Shown piece by piece: positions 33,875-43,483 of a DNA stretch of 64,000 bases. The stretch is from positions 1,512 through 65,511 of the forward strand of contig JBKPHT010000137.1 in assembly GCA_046730015.1 (NCBI GenBank), given 5' to 3'. Under the pieces are notes generated by a model, which made no database searches, was not told the origin of the DNA, and saw nothing but the letters and a program-made list of their open reading frames with translations. The position numbers and the translations under genes were made by a program. Source of the stretch: Actinomycetota bacterium. Lineage in GTDB: Bacteria > Actinomycetota > Acidimicrobiia > Acidimicrobiales > VFJN01. Positions within the stretch are counted from its first letter, which is position 1, and every line of letters begins with the position of its first letter.

Positions 33875-35173
33875 CTAGGCAGCGCCGCTCGTGAAGTAGC
33901 CGAACACGTCGACCAGCAGGTCGGCCCGACCCCGGGGGATGTGGAAGTACATCGGGCGTTCGGTCCGCTCGTCCGAGCAAACCGTGAACTCCGTGAGGTA
34001 GGTGATGGTCAAGTTGGCCACCGTCTGGTCCCAGACGAAGTTGAGCGTGGACGCGTCGGGCGGCTCGCAGATGAGTTTGGGGAAGACCGTCAGCCAGCCG
34101 GGGACCGACGGTCGGGTGATCGTCGTGTTGGCCACCACCGCGAACGCCCCCTCCGCCGGCACCGGGCCGACGCCGCCGACCGGGAGCGAGTACACGACAT
34201 CACCGAACAGGGGGAGGGCCGGTGGGATCCGCGTGTCGAGCGCCCGGTACGGCGACAGCGCCACGAACCGCCCGCCGGTCCTGGTCCCCGGCTCGGTGTA
34301 GTAGCCGACGAGGTCGGCGATGACGTGGGTCTGGCCGTAGGCGTTGGTGAAGTCGACGACACCGTCGGGTGGCACCCGGACCGTCACGAGGTTGGCCACG
34401 GTCTGGCCCGGCAGGAAGTTCAGGTTGGACGCGTCGGGCGACGCGACGTCGCCGGGGTGCACGGTCAGGTAGCCGCCGCCCGTGGCGCCGGTGACGGTCA
34501 CGTTGATCGCCACGCCGGTGACGCCCGATGCGGGCAGGTCGTCCAGCCCGGTCGTGTCGAAGGACAGGGTCTCTCCCGACCCGATGGGCGCGGCCGGCAC
34601 GCCGCCGGTGCCGTCGCGGGTGTCGAGCACGCGGGTGGGCAGCGGGGTGGGGGCATAACGGGACCCGGCGGGGCCGGCGCCGTCGGCGTAGAAGCCGACC
34701 ACGTCGAACAGGACGTGGGTCGACCCGGCCGGGTTGTAGAGGTTCACGGCGCCGCCGGGCCCGACGGCCACGGTCACCAGGTTGGGCACCGTGTGCCACT
34801 GCGGGAAGTTGAGGTTCGAGATCTCGGGCCGGGGCTGACCCGCCGGCCACACGGTCAGGAACCCGGCCGCGGTCGGGGCCACGGCGGTGACGTTCATCAC
34901 GACCGCCTGCACCCCGGTGGCGGGGACGCCGCCCCGGCCGGTGACCGCGACCGGCAGGGTCTCACCGCCGCCGAGCGGGGCGGCGACGCCGCCCCGCCCG
35001 AGGCCGCTGCGGGTGTCGAGGATGCGGGCGGGCGTCACCCCGGTGAACTCGCCGGTGGGGTCGGCCTGTTGCCCCGGCGCGGCGGCGGCTGGGCCGGCTG
35101 GGCCGCCGGGCGAACCCACGACGGCGACGGCCGCCAGGACCAGCGCCGCGAGCAGGGCCTTCCTGCGCTGCAT
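33875..35173 (-). CDS. secreted protein, three copies of an uncharacterised ~130-aa module (paralog 1)
   Basis: Signal peptide MQRRKALLAALVLAAVAVVG. Each of the three modules carries R(I/V)LDTR, G(F/Y)LTV(W/H)P, SNLNF, TV(P/A)NLVTV, and D(V/L)VGYY. Confidence 0.85.
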   Translation of the reverse strand: MQRRKALLAALVLAAVAVVGSPGGPAGPAAAAPGQQADPTGEFTGVTPARILDTRSGLGRGGVAAPLGGGETLPVAVTGRGGVPATGVQAVVMNVTAVAPTAAGFLTVWPAGQPRPEISNLNFPQWHTVPNLVTVAVGPGGAVNLYNPAGSTHVLFDVVGFYADGAGPAGSRYAPTPLPTRVLDTRDGTGGVPAAPIGSGETLSFDTTGLDDLPASGVTGVAINVTVTGATGGGYLTVHPGDVASPDASNLNFLPGQTVANLVTVRVPPDGVVDFTNAYGQTHVIADLVGYYTEPGTRTGGRFVALSPYRALDTRIPPALPLFGDVVYSLPVGGVGPVPAEGAFAVVANTTITRPSVPGWLTVFPKLICEPPDASTLNFVWDQTVANLTITYLTEFTVCSDERTERPMYFHIPRGRADLLVDVFGYFTSGAA

Positions 35174-35179
35174 CCCGTT

Positions 35180-36562
35180 CTACCGGTCGATCCGGCGAAG
35201 CTCGCCGGGCTCGATCACCGGGGCCGTGCGAGGCGACGACCGGGCGATCCCCTCCTCCGCCAGCGCGGCCGCCGCGGCCGGCGTGGCGCTGGGTGACGTG
35301 AACACGCCGAACAGATCGAACAGCACGTGGGTGAACCCGGCCGCGTTGTAGAACAGCACCGTCGTCGGCGTGGGGGCGCAGCCACCGAAGGTGGAGAGCT
35401 GCGTGATCGCCATGTTGGGCACCGTCTGGCCCGGGACGAAGTTCAGCGTCGAGACGTCGGGCGGGTCGCAGCCGAAGTTGGGGTAGACCGTCAGCCATCC
35501 GAACGCGGTTGGCTGGGTGACGGTGGCGTTGCTGACCAGGGCGCCGAACTCCGGCGGTGCGTCCGGCAGCACGAGGCCCACGACCTCGTCCGGGACGAGC
35601 GGCCCGAAGCCTTCACGGGTGTCGAAGAGCCTCTCGGGCCCGAGCTCGAGTGCGACGAACCGGCCCTCCTCCGAGCCGACCCCGGTCGTGTAGTAGCCGA
35701 CTGCGTCGGCCAGCAGGTGCGTCGAGCCGTTGGCGTTGAAGAACGCGACGTCGCCGCTCGCCGGCACCCGGACCGTCACCAGGTTGGGCACGGTCTGTCC
35801 GGGCATGAAGTTGAGGCTGGAGGCGTCGGGCCGGGCCACGTCGGCCGGGTAGACGGTGAGGAAGCCGCCGCCGGTCGGCTCGGTGACGGTGACGTTCATC
35901 ACGACGCCGGTGACGCCGGTCGCCGGGATCCCGCCCCGGCCCGTCACGTCGAACGTGAGGGTGCCGCCGCTACCGACGGGCACGGCGGGCACCCCGCCGA
36001 GGCCGCTCCGGGTGTCGAACAGGCGGGACGGCGGCGTGCTCAGGAACCGCGAGCCGGTCGGGCCGACCTCGTCGGCGTAGAACCCGACGACGTCGAAGAT
36101 GACGTGGGTCGCCCCCGAGCTGTTGAAGACGCTGACCCGGCCGCCGTCGCCGAGGCCGACCGTCACCGCGTTGGGCACGGTCTGGCCGGGGACCACGTTG
36201 AGGTTCGACACCTCGGGGCGGGTCAGCCCGGTGGGCCACACGGTCAGGAAGCTCGAGGCCGACGGGGTGACCGCCGTCACGTTGAGCACCACCGCCTGCA
36301 CCCCGGTGGCCGGGACGCCGCCCCGGCCGGTGACCTGCACGTCGATCGACGACCCGGGCCCGACCGGCCCGGGCGCGGGCTGGCCGTTGCCGCTGCGGGT
36401 GTCGAGGATCCGGGCCGGCGTCACGCCGGTGAACTCGCCGAAGGGGTCGACGACCTGCGTCGATGCCGACCCCGCCGGGCCGGACCCCGTCGCCAGCACG
36501 GCGGTCAGGACCACCGCCGCCACGGCTGCACGCACGACAGCGGACTTGCGCGTTCGGCCCAT
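35180..36562 (-). CDS. secreted protein, three copies of the same module (paralog 2)
   Basis: Signal peptide after ATG 36562 (MGRTRKSAVVRAAVAAVVLTAVLA), with the same three-module architecture. Its stop lies 6 nt from the paralog 1 start. Confidence 0.85.
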   Translation of the reverse strand: MGRTRKSAVVRAAVAAVVLTAVLATGSGPAGSASTQVVDPFGEFTGVTPARILDTRSGNGQPAPGPVGPGSSIDVQVTGRGGVPATGVQAVVLNVTAVTPSASSFLTVWPTGLTRPEVSNLNVVPGQTVPNAVTVGLGDGGRVSVFNSSGATHVIFDVVGFYADEVGPTGSRFLSTPPSRLFDTRSGLGGVPAVPVGSGGTLTFDVTGRGGIPATGVTGVVMNVTVTEPTGGGFLTVYPADVARPDASSLNFMPGQTVPNLVTVRVPASGDVAFFNANGSTHLLADAVGYYTTGVGSEEGRFVALELGPERLFDTREGFGPLVPDEVVGLVLPDAPPEFGALVSNATVTQPTAFGWLTVYPNFGCDPPDVSTLNFVPGQTVPNMAITQLSTFGGCAPTPTTVLFYNAAGFTHVLFDLFGVFTSPSATPAAAAALAEEGIARSSPRTAPVIEPGELRRIDR

Positions 36563-36718
36563 GTCCCCATCCTTTCGCCGCCCGGGCGCGCGAAGCACCC
36601 GCCGCCAAAACCGCCCGGCTGGTCGGCCGGGAGCGCCGGAAAGCTAGCCCAGGAGCGACCGCCATGCCACGCGACGCGCACGTCGATCGCGATCCGTAGC
36701 GAAGCTGTCATACGACGT

Positions 36719-38914
36719 TCATGGGGGCACCGGGGTGAGCGCGTCACCCGTGAAGTAGCCGAACACGTCGACCACCACGTGGGCCCGGCCCCACGATCGG
36801 TTCGCCACCGCCAGGTCGTTGAAGCCTGCGCAGCCGACGTACGGCCCCGACAGCGAGCTGATGGCCTGGTTGGGCACGGTCTGCCCGGCCACGAAGTTGA
36901 CGCTGGAGGTGTCCGGCACCTCGCACGCGTCGCCGGGCATGACGGTGAACCAGCCCCCGGCCTCGGGCTCGACGGCGGTCACGTTGAAGACGGCGGAGGC
37001 GGGCCCAATGCCCGGCACGTTGCCGGTGCCCCGCACCAGCACCTCCGCCCGGGAGAGCGGCGGCACCGGGATGTAGCCCTGCTGCCCCGAACGCGTGTCG
37101 TAGATGCGCTCCGGGGTCAAGGCGACGAACCGCCCGGCGTTCGTCGTCACCTCCGTCGTGTAGTAGCCGACGACGTCGGCCAGCACGTGGGTGGTGCCAG
37201 CGGCGTTGCGGAGCGCGACGATCCCGCTGGGCGGCACCCGGACGGTCACGAGGTTGGGCACGGTCTCGCCGGCCACGAAGTTGAGGTTCGACGCCTCCGG
37301 CGGGGCGACGTCGTCGGGGTACACGGTCAGCCAGCCCCCGACCGACGGCTGGGTGACGGTCACGTTCATGACCACCCCGGTCACGCCGGTGGCGGGGATC
37401 CCGGCCCGCCCGGTCACGTCCACCCGCGCCACCCCGCCCGGCCCCAGGGGCGTCGCAGGCACGCCGCCCGTGCCCGACCGGGTGTCGAACAGGCGGGCCG
37501 GCGTCACGCCCAGGAAGCGGGAACCGAACGGCCCGGCCGAATCGGCGTAGTAACCGACGACGTCCATCAGCAGGTCGGTCGCCCCCGCGGCGTTGTAGGC
37601 GGACACCCGGCCCCCGCTGCCGACCTTTACGGTCACCAGGTTGGGCGCCGTCCGGCCCGGGACGAGGTTGAGGTTCGAGGTGCCGGGCCGGGCTCCTCCC
37701 GCCGGCCACACCGTCACGAAGCTGGCGGCGATCGGCGTGACGGCGGTGGTGTTGAGGACGACGGCGGACACGCCGGTGGTGGGGACGCCGGCCCGTCCGG
37801 TGACCTGGACGTCGATCGTCGCCCCCGGCCCCAGCGGCGAGACGGAGCCGCCGCGGCCCTCGCCCGACCGGGTGTCGAGGATCCGCTGCGGGGTGACGCC
37901 GGTGAACTCGCCCCGGGGGTCGTCGGCCAGGCTCAAGCGGACGACCTTGGGGACGTCCCACGCGTCGATCGGGTCGTCGAGGATGAACCACATGTTGCCG
38001 TCCGGTCCGACGGCAAGCTGGCCCCCCCACCCGCCCAGCGGGTGCCGGACCGCTCCGCCGTCGGCGGCGATCCGCCAGAGGTCCTCCCCCAAGGCCCACA
38101 GGGCCCCGTCAGGCCCGATTCCCAGCGTCGACAAGCTCACGGGGACGTCGAAGTCGGTGACCTCTCCGCCGGGGGTGATGCGGCCGAGGTCGCCCGCCTC
38201 CGAGTCCTGCATCGTGAACCAGAGGTTGCCGTCCGGCCCGGTCACGATCTCGGACGGCGCTCGCAGACCCTCCGGGAGGGGGTGCATCGTGATCGCGCCG
38301 TCGATGGTCACCCGGCCGATGCGGTCGCCCCAGTTCTCGGTGAACCAAAGCGCGCCGTCGGGCCCGGTCGTGATGCGCACGGGGCGGGAGGAGAAAAACG
38401 GGTCGGGCAGCGGGATGGGGTACTCGGTCGCGACCCCGTCGAACGTGACCCTGCCGACGATTCCCGGGATCCGGGTGTACCAGAGAGCGCCGTCCGGCCC
38501 GAGCGTGAGGCCACCGGGCGCGTCGACCTCGGGCCCGTGGTCGGGCAGGCGGCCCCGGGCGGACTGCTGGCCGGTGGTCGTGACCCGCCAGAGGGTCAGG
38601 TCGTCGGTGATGGTCCAGAAGGCGCCGTCGGGCCCGGCGACGAACGCCTGGGGCGTGAACCCCAGGGTGTACGACGACACCGTGCCCGAGGTCGTGATGG
38701 CGCCGAAGCCGCCGTCCCGGCGGAACCACAGGCGGCCGTCGGGCCCGGCCGTCATGCCCGACAGCTTGGTCATCCCGGCCGGGGTGGGGAACTCGGTGAG
38801 GGCGAAGGACCGGGCCTCCGCCGGATCGGGATGCGCCCCGCCCGAGGCCGCCAGCGCCGCCACGGCGACGACCAGAGCCGCCGCCGCCCGTTCCCCTCTC
38901 GCCCATCCGCCCAT
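36719..38914 (-). CDS. secreted protein: N-terminal Vgb-like/SMP-30-like beta-propeller repeats plus three copies of the module (paralog 3)
   Basis: Repeated GPDG(A/N)LWFT blades (about 6-7), followed by RGEFTGVTPQRILDTRSG and three modules. ATG 38914 is followed by a signal-like AAAALVVAVAALAASG. Confidence 0.85.
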   Translation of the reverse strand: MGGWARGERAAAALVVAVAALAASGGAHPDPAEARSFALTEFPTPAGMTKLSGMTAGPDGRLWFRRDGGFGAITTSGTVSSYTLGFTPQAFVAGPDGAFWTITDDLTLWRVTTTGQQSARGRLPDHGPEVDAPGGLTLGPDGALWYTRIPGIVGRVTFDGVATEYPIPLPDPFFSSRPVRITTGPDGALWFTENWGDRIGRVTIDGAITMHPLPEGLRAPSEIVTGPDGNLWFTMQDSEAGDLGRITPGGEVTDFDVPVSLSTLGIGPDGALWALGEDLWRIAADGGAVRHPLGGWGGQLAVGPDGNMWFILDDPIDAWDVPKVVRLSLADDPRGEFTGVTPQRILDTRSGEGRGGSVSPLGPGATIDVQVTGRAGVPTTGVSAVVLNTTAVTPIAASFVTVWPAGGARPGTSNLNLVPGRTAPNLVTVKVGSGGRVSAYNAAGATDLLMDVVGYYADSAGPFGSRFLGVTPARLFDTRSGTGGVPATPLGPGGVARVDVTGRAGIPATGVTGVVMNVTVTQPSVGGWLTVYPDDVAPPEASNLNFVAGETVPNLVTVRVPPSGIVALRNAAGTTHVLADVVGYYTTEVTTNAGRFVALTPERIYDTRSGQQGYIPVPPLSRAEVLVRGTGNVPGIGPASAVFNVTAVEPEAGGWFTVMPGDACEVPDTSSVNFVAGQTVPNQAISSLSGPYVGCAGFNDLAVANRSWGRAHVVVDVFGYFTGDALTPVPP

Positions 38915-38974
38915 GCCGTTCCCCCAGCCGGCCCCGCCCGGCACGGAGCGCAGCTACGGATGCTAGTGGCGGAG

Positions 38975-39913
38975 TCAGCCGGTGCGGGTCAGGATCTCCG
39001 CCCCGTCGTCGGTCACCAGCAGCGTGTGCTCGAACTGCGCGGTGCGGCGGCGGTCGACGGTGACCGCGGTCCAGTTGTCGGGCCAGATCACGTGGTCGTA
39101 GGCGCCCATCGTGATCATCGGCTCGATGGTGAAGGTCATGCCCGGCTCGATGAGCGTGGTCGCCCGCTGGTCGTCGTAGTGGGGGATCTGCAGGTCGGTG
39201 TGGAACTGCTCGGCGATGCCGTGCCCGACGAAGGAGCGCACCACCCCGTAGCCGTGCCCCTCGGCATGGCCCTGGATGGCCCGGCCGATCGCGCGGACCT
39301 GGTGGCCCGGCTTCACGGCGGCGATGCCCAGGTCGAGGCACTCGCGGGTGACCTGGATCAGGTCGGCCGAGGCCGGATCGATCTGCCCCACCGGGAAGGT
39401 GGCGTTGGTGTCGCCGTGGACGCCGTCCAGGAAGATCGTGACGTCGAGGTTGACGATGTCGCCGTCGACCAGGGCCCGGTCATCGGGGATGCCGTGGCAG
39501 ATGACCTCGTTCACCGACGTGCACAGCGACTTCGGGAACGCCCCGTAGTTCAGCGGGCTCGGGTAGCCGCCCCGCTTGATGCACTCCTCGTGGCAGAGCG
39601 CGTCGAGCTCGTCGGTCGTCACCCCGGGGGCGACCGCCGCGCCCACCGTCTGCAGGATCTCGGCCGCGGCCCGCCCGGCCACCCGCATCCGCTCGATGAC
39701 CTCCGGCGTCCGCACGTGGGACTCGGCCCGCCGCACGGGGACGCCGGTCTCGGCGTAGGGCGGCCGCGGGATGTGGGCCGGCACCGCGCGGGTCGGGCTG
39801 ACGCGACCCGGGCGGATGTGGTCGGTGCTGGCCTTGTGGCACCGCTTGAACTTGCGGCCGCTGCCGCACCAGCAGGGGTCGTTGGCCTTGGGGGCGATCA
39901 GGGTCGTCGGCAT
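38975..39913 (-). CDS. map: type I methionyl aminopeptidase with N-terminal SEC-C zinc-finger motif
   Basis: CWCGSGRKFKRCH followed by the MetAP core (HGIPD, DIVNLDV, HGDTN, GHGIA, EPM). Confidence 0.93.
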   Translation of the reverse strand: MPTTLIAPKANDPCWCGSGRKFKRCHKASTDHIRPGRVSPTRAVPAHIPRPPYAETGVPVRRAESHVRTPEVIERMRVAGRAAAEILQTVGAAVAPGVTTDELDALCHEECIKRGGYPSPLNYGAFPKSLCTSVNEVICHGIPDDRALVDGDIVNLDVTIFLDGVHGDTNATFPVGQIDPASADLIQVTRECLDLGIAAVKPGHQVRAIGRAIQGHAEGHGYGVVRSFVGHGIAEQFHTDLQIPHYDDQRATTLIEPGMTFTIEPMITMGAYDHVIWPDNWTAVTVDRRRTAQFEHTLLVTDDGAEILTRTG

Positions 39914-40059
39914 GGCGTGACCAGGCTACCGACCCCGGCGGGCACGGCGACCCCGCGCTGGCCCCGGGGCGTCACCCTCCGGGGTCGCCGCAGCCGCGAT
40001 GATGGCGGCGAGACTGGACAGCACCGCCCGGCAGACCACGGGCGGCGGTCGACCGGGAG

Positions 40060-41175
40060 GTGAGGATGGAGGTCGCGCTCGAGGGCGTCGAGCTGCGGCT
40101 GGTCCGCATGCCCCTGGCCGAGCCGTTCGTCACCGCCCACGGGACCCGCCGGCGGCGCGACGTCGTGGTCGTCCGGGCGCTGGTCGACGGCGGCCCCGAC
40201 GGCTGGGGCGAGTGCGTCGCGGAGCCCGAGCCGACCTACTGGCCCGAGTACACCGCCGGCGCCCTCCACGTCCTCGAGCACCACCTCGTCCCCCGGCTGC
40301 TGGCCGGCCGCTCGATGCGCCAGGTGCGGGGCCACCACATGGCCAAGGCCGCCCTCGAGTGTGCCGCGCTCGACGCCGGGCTGCGGTCGGAGGGCCGCTC
40401 GATGTCCTCCTTCCTCGGCGCCACCCGGCCGGTCGTCCCCACCGGCATCGCCCTCGGGATCATGCCGACGGTCGACGACCTGGTCGACGCCGTCCTCCGC
40501 TGGCACGGGCAGGGGCACCGGGCGTTCAAGCTCAAGATCCAGCCCGGCTGGGACCTCGACCCGCTGCGGGCCGTCCGGTCGACCGTCGGCGACGAGGTCG
40601 CGCTGCTGGCCGACGCGAACGGCAGCTACCGCAGCGACGCCATCGACCACCTGGCCACGCTCGGGCGGCTCGCCGACCGGGACCTCGGCCTGGTGGCGAT
40701 CGAGCAGCCGTTCGCGCCGGAGGACCTGGTCGGCCACGCCCGCCTGGCCCGGCGGATCGACGTGCCGGTGTGCCTCGACGAGTCGATCGGGTCGCTGGCC
40801 CAGCTCGACACCGCCCTGGAGCTCGGCGCCTGCGGGGCGGTGAGCCTGAAGGCGGGGCGGGTCGGCGGCCTGGTCGAGGCCCGCCGCATCCACCAGCGGT
40901 GCCGCGACGCGGGGATCAAGCTGCGCTGCGGCGGGATGCTGGAGACCGGTCTGGGTCGGGCCCTCAACCTCGCCGTCGCCGCCCTCCCCGGCTGCAACCT
41001 GCCGCCCGACCTCGGGCCGTCGTCCCGCTACTTCACCACCGATCTCACGCCCCCGTTCGACTCCCGGGGTGGCACGATGATCGTGCCCGACGGGCCCGGC
41101 CTCGGCGTCGAGCCGGTCCCCGAGGTGCTCGAGACGATGACCGTCAGCCGCCGAACGCTCCGAGCCGACACGTGA
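40060..41175 (+). CDS. o-succinylbenzoate synthase / N-acylamino acid racemase (enolase superfamily)
   Basis: Enolase-superfamily layout with KLKI, DANGSY, IEQP, LDES, and a K..R.GG block. MenC versus NAAAR cannot be resolved by eye. Confidence 0.82.
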   Translation: MRMEVALEGVELRLVRMPLAEPFVTAHGTRRRRDVVVVRALVDGGPDGWGECVAEPEPTYWPEYTAGALHVLEHHLVPRLLAGRSMRQVRGHHMAKAALECAALDAGLRSEGRSMSSFLGATRPVVPTGIALGIMPTVDDLVDAVLRWHGQGHRAFKLKIQPGWDLDPLRAVRSTVGDEVALLADANGSYRSDAIDHLATLGRLADRDLGLVAIEQPFAPEDLVGHARLARRIDVPVCLDESIGSLAQLDTALELGACGAVSLKAGRVGGLVEARRIHQRCRDAGIKLRCGGMLETGLGRALNLAVAALPGCNLPPDLGPSSRYFTTDLTPPFDSRGGTMIVPDGPGLGVEPVPEVLETMTVSRRTLRADT

Positions 41176-42437
41176 CCCCGCCGCGCGGCGGCGCCCTGCC
41201 CGTCACCTACGCCGACGTGGCCGCCGCGGCCGACCGTATCTCCGGGTCCGTCGAGCGGACCCCCAGCGCCGTGTCGCGGACGCTGTCCCAGGTCCTGGGC
41301 TGCACCGTGGTCGTGAAGTTCGAGAACCTGCAGTTCGTGGCCTCGTTCAAGGAGCGGGGCGCGCTCAACAAGCTGCTCCAGCTCACCGACGCCGAGCGGG
41401 CCAAAGGCGTCGTGGCCATGTCGGCTGGCAACCACGCCCAGGCTGTCGCCTACCACGCCACCCGGCTCGGGATCGACGCCACGATCGTCATGCCGACCAC
41501 CACGCCGTTCGTGAAGGTGCAGCGGACCCGGGAGCTGGGCGCCACCGTCGCCCTGCGGGGCGCCGGCCTGGGCGAGGCCGAGGCCGAGGCATGCCGGCTG
41601 GCCGACGAGGAGGGCCGCACCTACGTCCATCCGTTCGACGATCCGGCCGTCATCGCCGGGCAGGGCACGGTCGCGCTGGAGATGCTGGCCGACCACCCCG
41701 ACCTCGACATCCTGGTCGCCCCGGTCGGAGGCGGCGGGCTGCTTGCCGGCATGGCGGTCGCCGCCCGCCACCTCGTCCCCGGGATCGAGCTCGTCGGGGT
41801 CGAGACCGAGCGCTACGCGTCGATGGCCGCCCGGGTCCGGGGGGTCGAGCCGGTCGTGGGCGGGCCGACGATCGCCGAGGGCATCGCCGTCCCCCGGGCC
41901 GGCCGGTTGACCGGCGAGCTGATCGCGGCCCTGGTCGACGACGTGGTCACGGTCAGCGAGGAGCACGTCGAGGAAGCCATGAACCTCCTCCTCGAGATCG
42001 AGAAGGTGGTGGCCGAGGGGGCCGGGGCCGCCGGCGTCGCCGCGCTGGTCGAGCACCGGGAGCGGTTCGCCGGGCGCCGGGTCGGCGTCGTCGTCACCGG
42101 CGGGAACGTCGACCCCCGGCTGCTGGCCTCGGTGGTGATGCGGGGCCTGATCCGCGACGGACGGCTCACCCGGCTCCACGTCGAGGTGCCCGACGTGCCC
42201 GGCAGCATGGGGAAGCTGACCACGGTGCTCGGTGCGGCCGGGGCCAACATCGTCGAGATCCTCCACCAGCGGATGTTCGTCGACCTCTCGGCCCGGTCGG
42301 CCCGGGTCGAGGTGACCGTCGAGACCCTCGACCTGGCCCACGCCGACCGCGTGGTCGCGGCCCTGCGGGCCGAGGGCTACGTCGTCCGGGTGGCCCGGTT
42401 CATCACCGGCGAGGGCCTGCCCGACACCGCGGTGTGA
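41172..42437 (+). CDS. ilvA: threonine ammonia-lyase (PLP-dependent, with C-terminal ACT-like domain)
   Basis: FENLQFVASFKERGA PLP lysine motif, SAGNHAQ, GGGGL loop, and an ACT-like tail. GTG 41172 overlaps the upstream stop. Confidence 0.9.
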   Translation: MTPPRGGALPVTYADVAAAADRISGSVERTPSAVSRTLSQVLGCTVVVKFENLQFVASFKERGALNKLLQLTDAERAKGVVAMSAGNHAQAVAYHATRLGIDATIVMPTTTPFVKVQRTRELGATVALRGAGLGEAEAEACRLADEEGRTYVHPFDDPAVIAGQGTVALEMLADHPDLDILVAPVGGGGLLAGMAVAARHLVPGIELVGVETERYASMAARVRGVEPVVGGPTIAEGIAVPRAGRLTGELIAALVDDVVTVSEEHVEEAMNLLLEIEKVVAEGAGAAGVAALVEHRERFAGRRVGVVVTGGNVDPRLLASVVMRGLIRDGRLTRLHVEVPDVPGSMGKLTTVLGAAGANIVEILHQRMFVDLSARSARVEVTVETLDLAHADRVVAALRAEGYVVRVARFITGEGLPDTAV

Positions 42438-42450
42438 CCGACCGTCTGCT

Positions 42451-42537
42451 GCAACCGGGTTGCGTGAGGCGATAGGGGTCGGTCTCTGGTTCTCGAGGCG
42501 ATAGTGGTCGGGGGCCGGCCCCTATCGCCTCGAGAAC
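42451..42537 (+). repeat. GAGGCGATAGGGG-type nested palindromic element, copy F (3 units, preceded by GCAACCGGGTTGC mini-hairpin)
   Basis: gcaaccgggttgc-gt-gaggcgataggggtcg-gtctctggttct-cgaggcgatagtggtcgggggccggcccctatcgcctcgagaac. Confidence 0.9.
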
Positions 42538-42595
42538 ACCCGGGCCGAACCCGCCGCGGTGGTCTGACCGGGACCGACGGGTGACGCGGAGGTGA

Positions 42596-42656
42596 GGTGG
42601 GGAGGCGGGCCCACCGACCGCCTCCCCACCTGTCCCGCGGGCCGGGGTCCCGCGGG
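42596..42656. terminator. two GC-rich hairpins between convergent ilvA and lipoprotein genes
   Basis: GGTGGGGAGGCGG-n9-CCGCCTCCCCACC (42596-42630) and CCCGCGGG-n7-CCCGCGGG (42634-42656). No clear U-tract, as is common in high-GC actinobacteria. Confidence 0.45.
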
Positions 42657-42670
42657 GGCCGACCGGTCGA

Positions 42671-43483
42671 CTACTCGACCGTGAACTCGCCGAACATGCC
42701 CTCGGTGAAGTGGGGGGCGCCGGTGCCCTCCTGGCCGTTGACGCTGCCGGTCGGGATGAAGCAGGCATACAGGTAGCGGCCGGGCGCCAGCTCGACCGTC
42801 GTGCCGCCGACCTCGCCCGCCGGGGCGTACATGCCGCCGCCGAACGCCTCGATGTACTGCTGGGCCTCCTCCTCGGACAGGGCCAGGATCTCCTCGGCCG
42901 AGAGGGTGACGTCGTCCTTGAGCCGGACGACGCCCATCTCGTGGGCCTCGCCCGCCGCGCTCTGGTTGTCGATGACGAACACCGTCAGCCCGGCCTCCAC
43001 CGTCTCGGGGACGCCCTCGTAGCGGAAGTCGACAGCGGTGGCGGTGACCGTGGGCAGGCCGCACGTGTCACCGAGCGCCGGGTACACCTCGCCCTGGGCG
43101 GCGAGGAACTCGGGCGTCTCGAACGCCCCGAAGTCGCCGTCGGCCAGCATGGCCTCGACGGCGTCGACCATCACGACGACGGGCTCGGACAGGCTGTCGG
43201 GCGCCGTGTCGCGCACCGTCCCGAGGTGGGGGGTGATCTCGGCGGCCGCGTACGCCTCCATCTCCGCCGGGTCTTCGGGCGCGTTGGTCATGGCCTGGTC
43301 GGTCGCAGTGAACGCGTCGCAGAACTCCTGGTTGTCCTCCGCCGCCGCCAGTTCCCCGTCCTCCGCAGACGGCGCGGCGTCCGCCGCGTCGTCGCCGTCG
43401 TCGTCGTCTCCGCACGCGCCGAGGCCCACGGCGAGCATTCCCGCCAGGGCCAGGGCCGCCGTGCGCCTGCCCGCCAATCTCAT
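42671..43483 (-). CDS. lipoprotein with acidic linker and C-terminal cupredoxin-like domain
   Basis: Lipobox LAVGLGAC and an Asp-rich linker. The C-terminal beta-rich region ending FTEGMFGEFTVE is cupredoxin-like (tentative). Confidence 0.78.
   Translation of the reverse strand: MRLAGRRTAALALAGMLAVGLGACGDDDDGDDAADAAPSAEDGELAAAEDNQEFCDAFTATDQAMTNAPEDPAEMEAYAAAEITPHLGTVRDTAPDSLSEPVVVMVDAVEAMLADGDFGAFETPEFLAAQGEVYPALGDTCGLPTVTATAVDFRYEGVPETVEAGLTVFVIDNQSAAGEAHEMGVVRLKDDVTLSAEEILALSEEEAQQYIEAFGGGMYAPAGEVGGTTVELAPGRYLYACFIPTGSVNGQEGTGAPHFTEGMFGEFTVE

Noticed and set aside
35327-40063. A 1578-aa plus-strand ORF, the longest in the track, spans the secreted-paralog array and map.
   Set aside because: It is antisense to four well-supported minus-strand genes. 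Its translation is a low-complexity R/G/P/A/D-rich sequence typical of stop-free antisense frames in very GC-rich DNA, and no motifs are recognisable.
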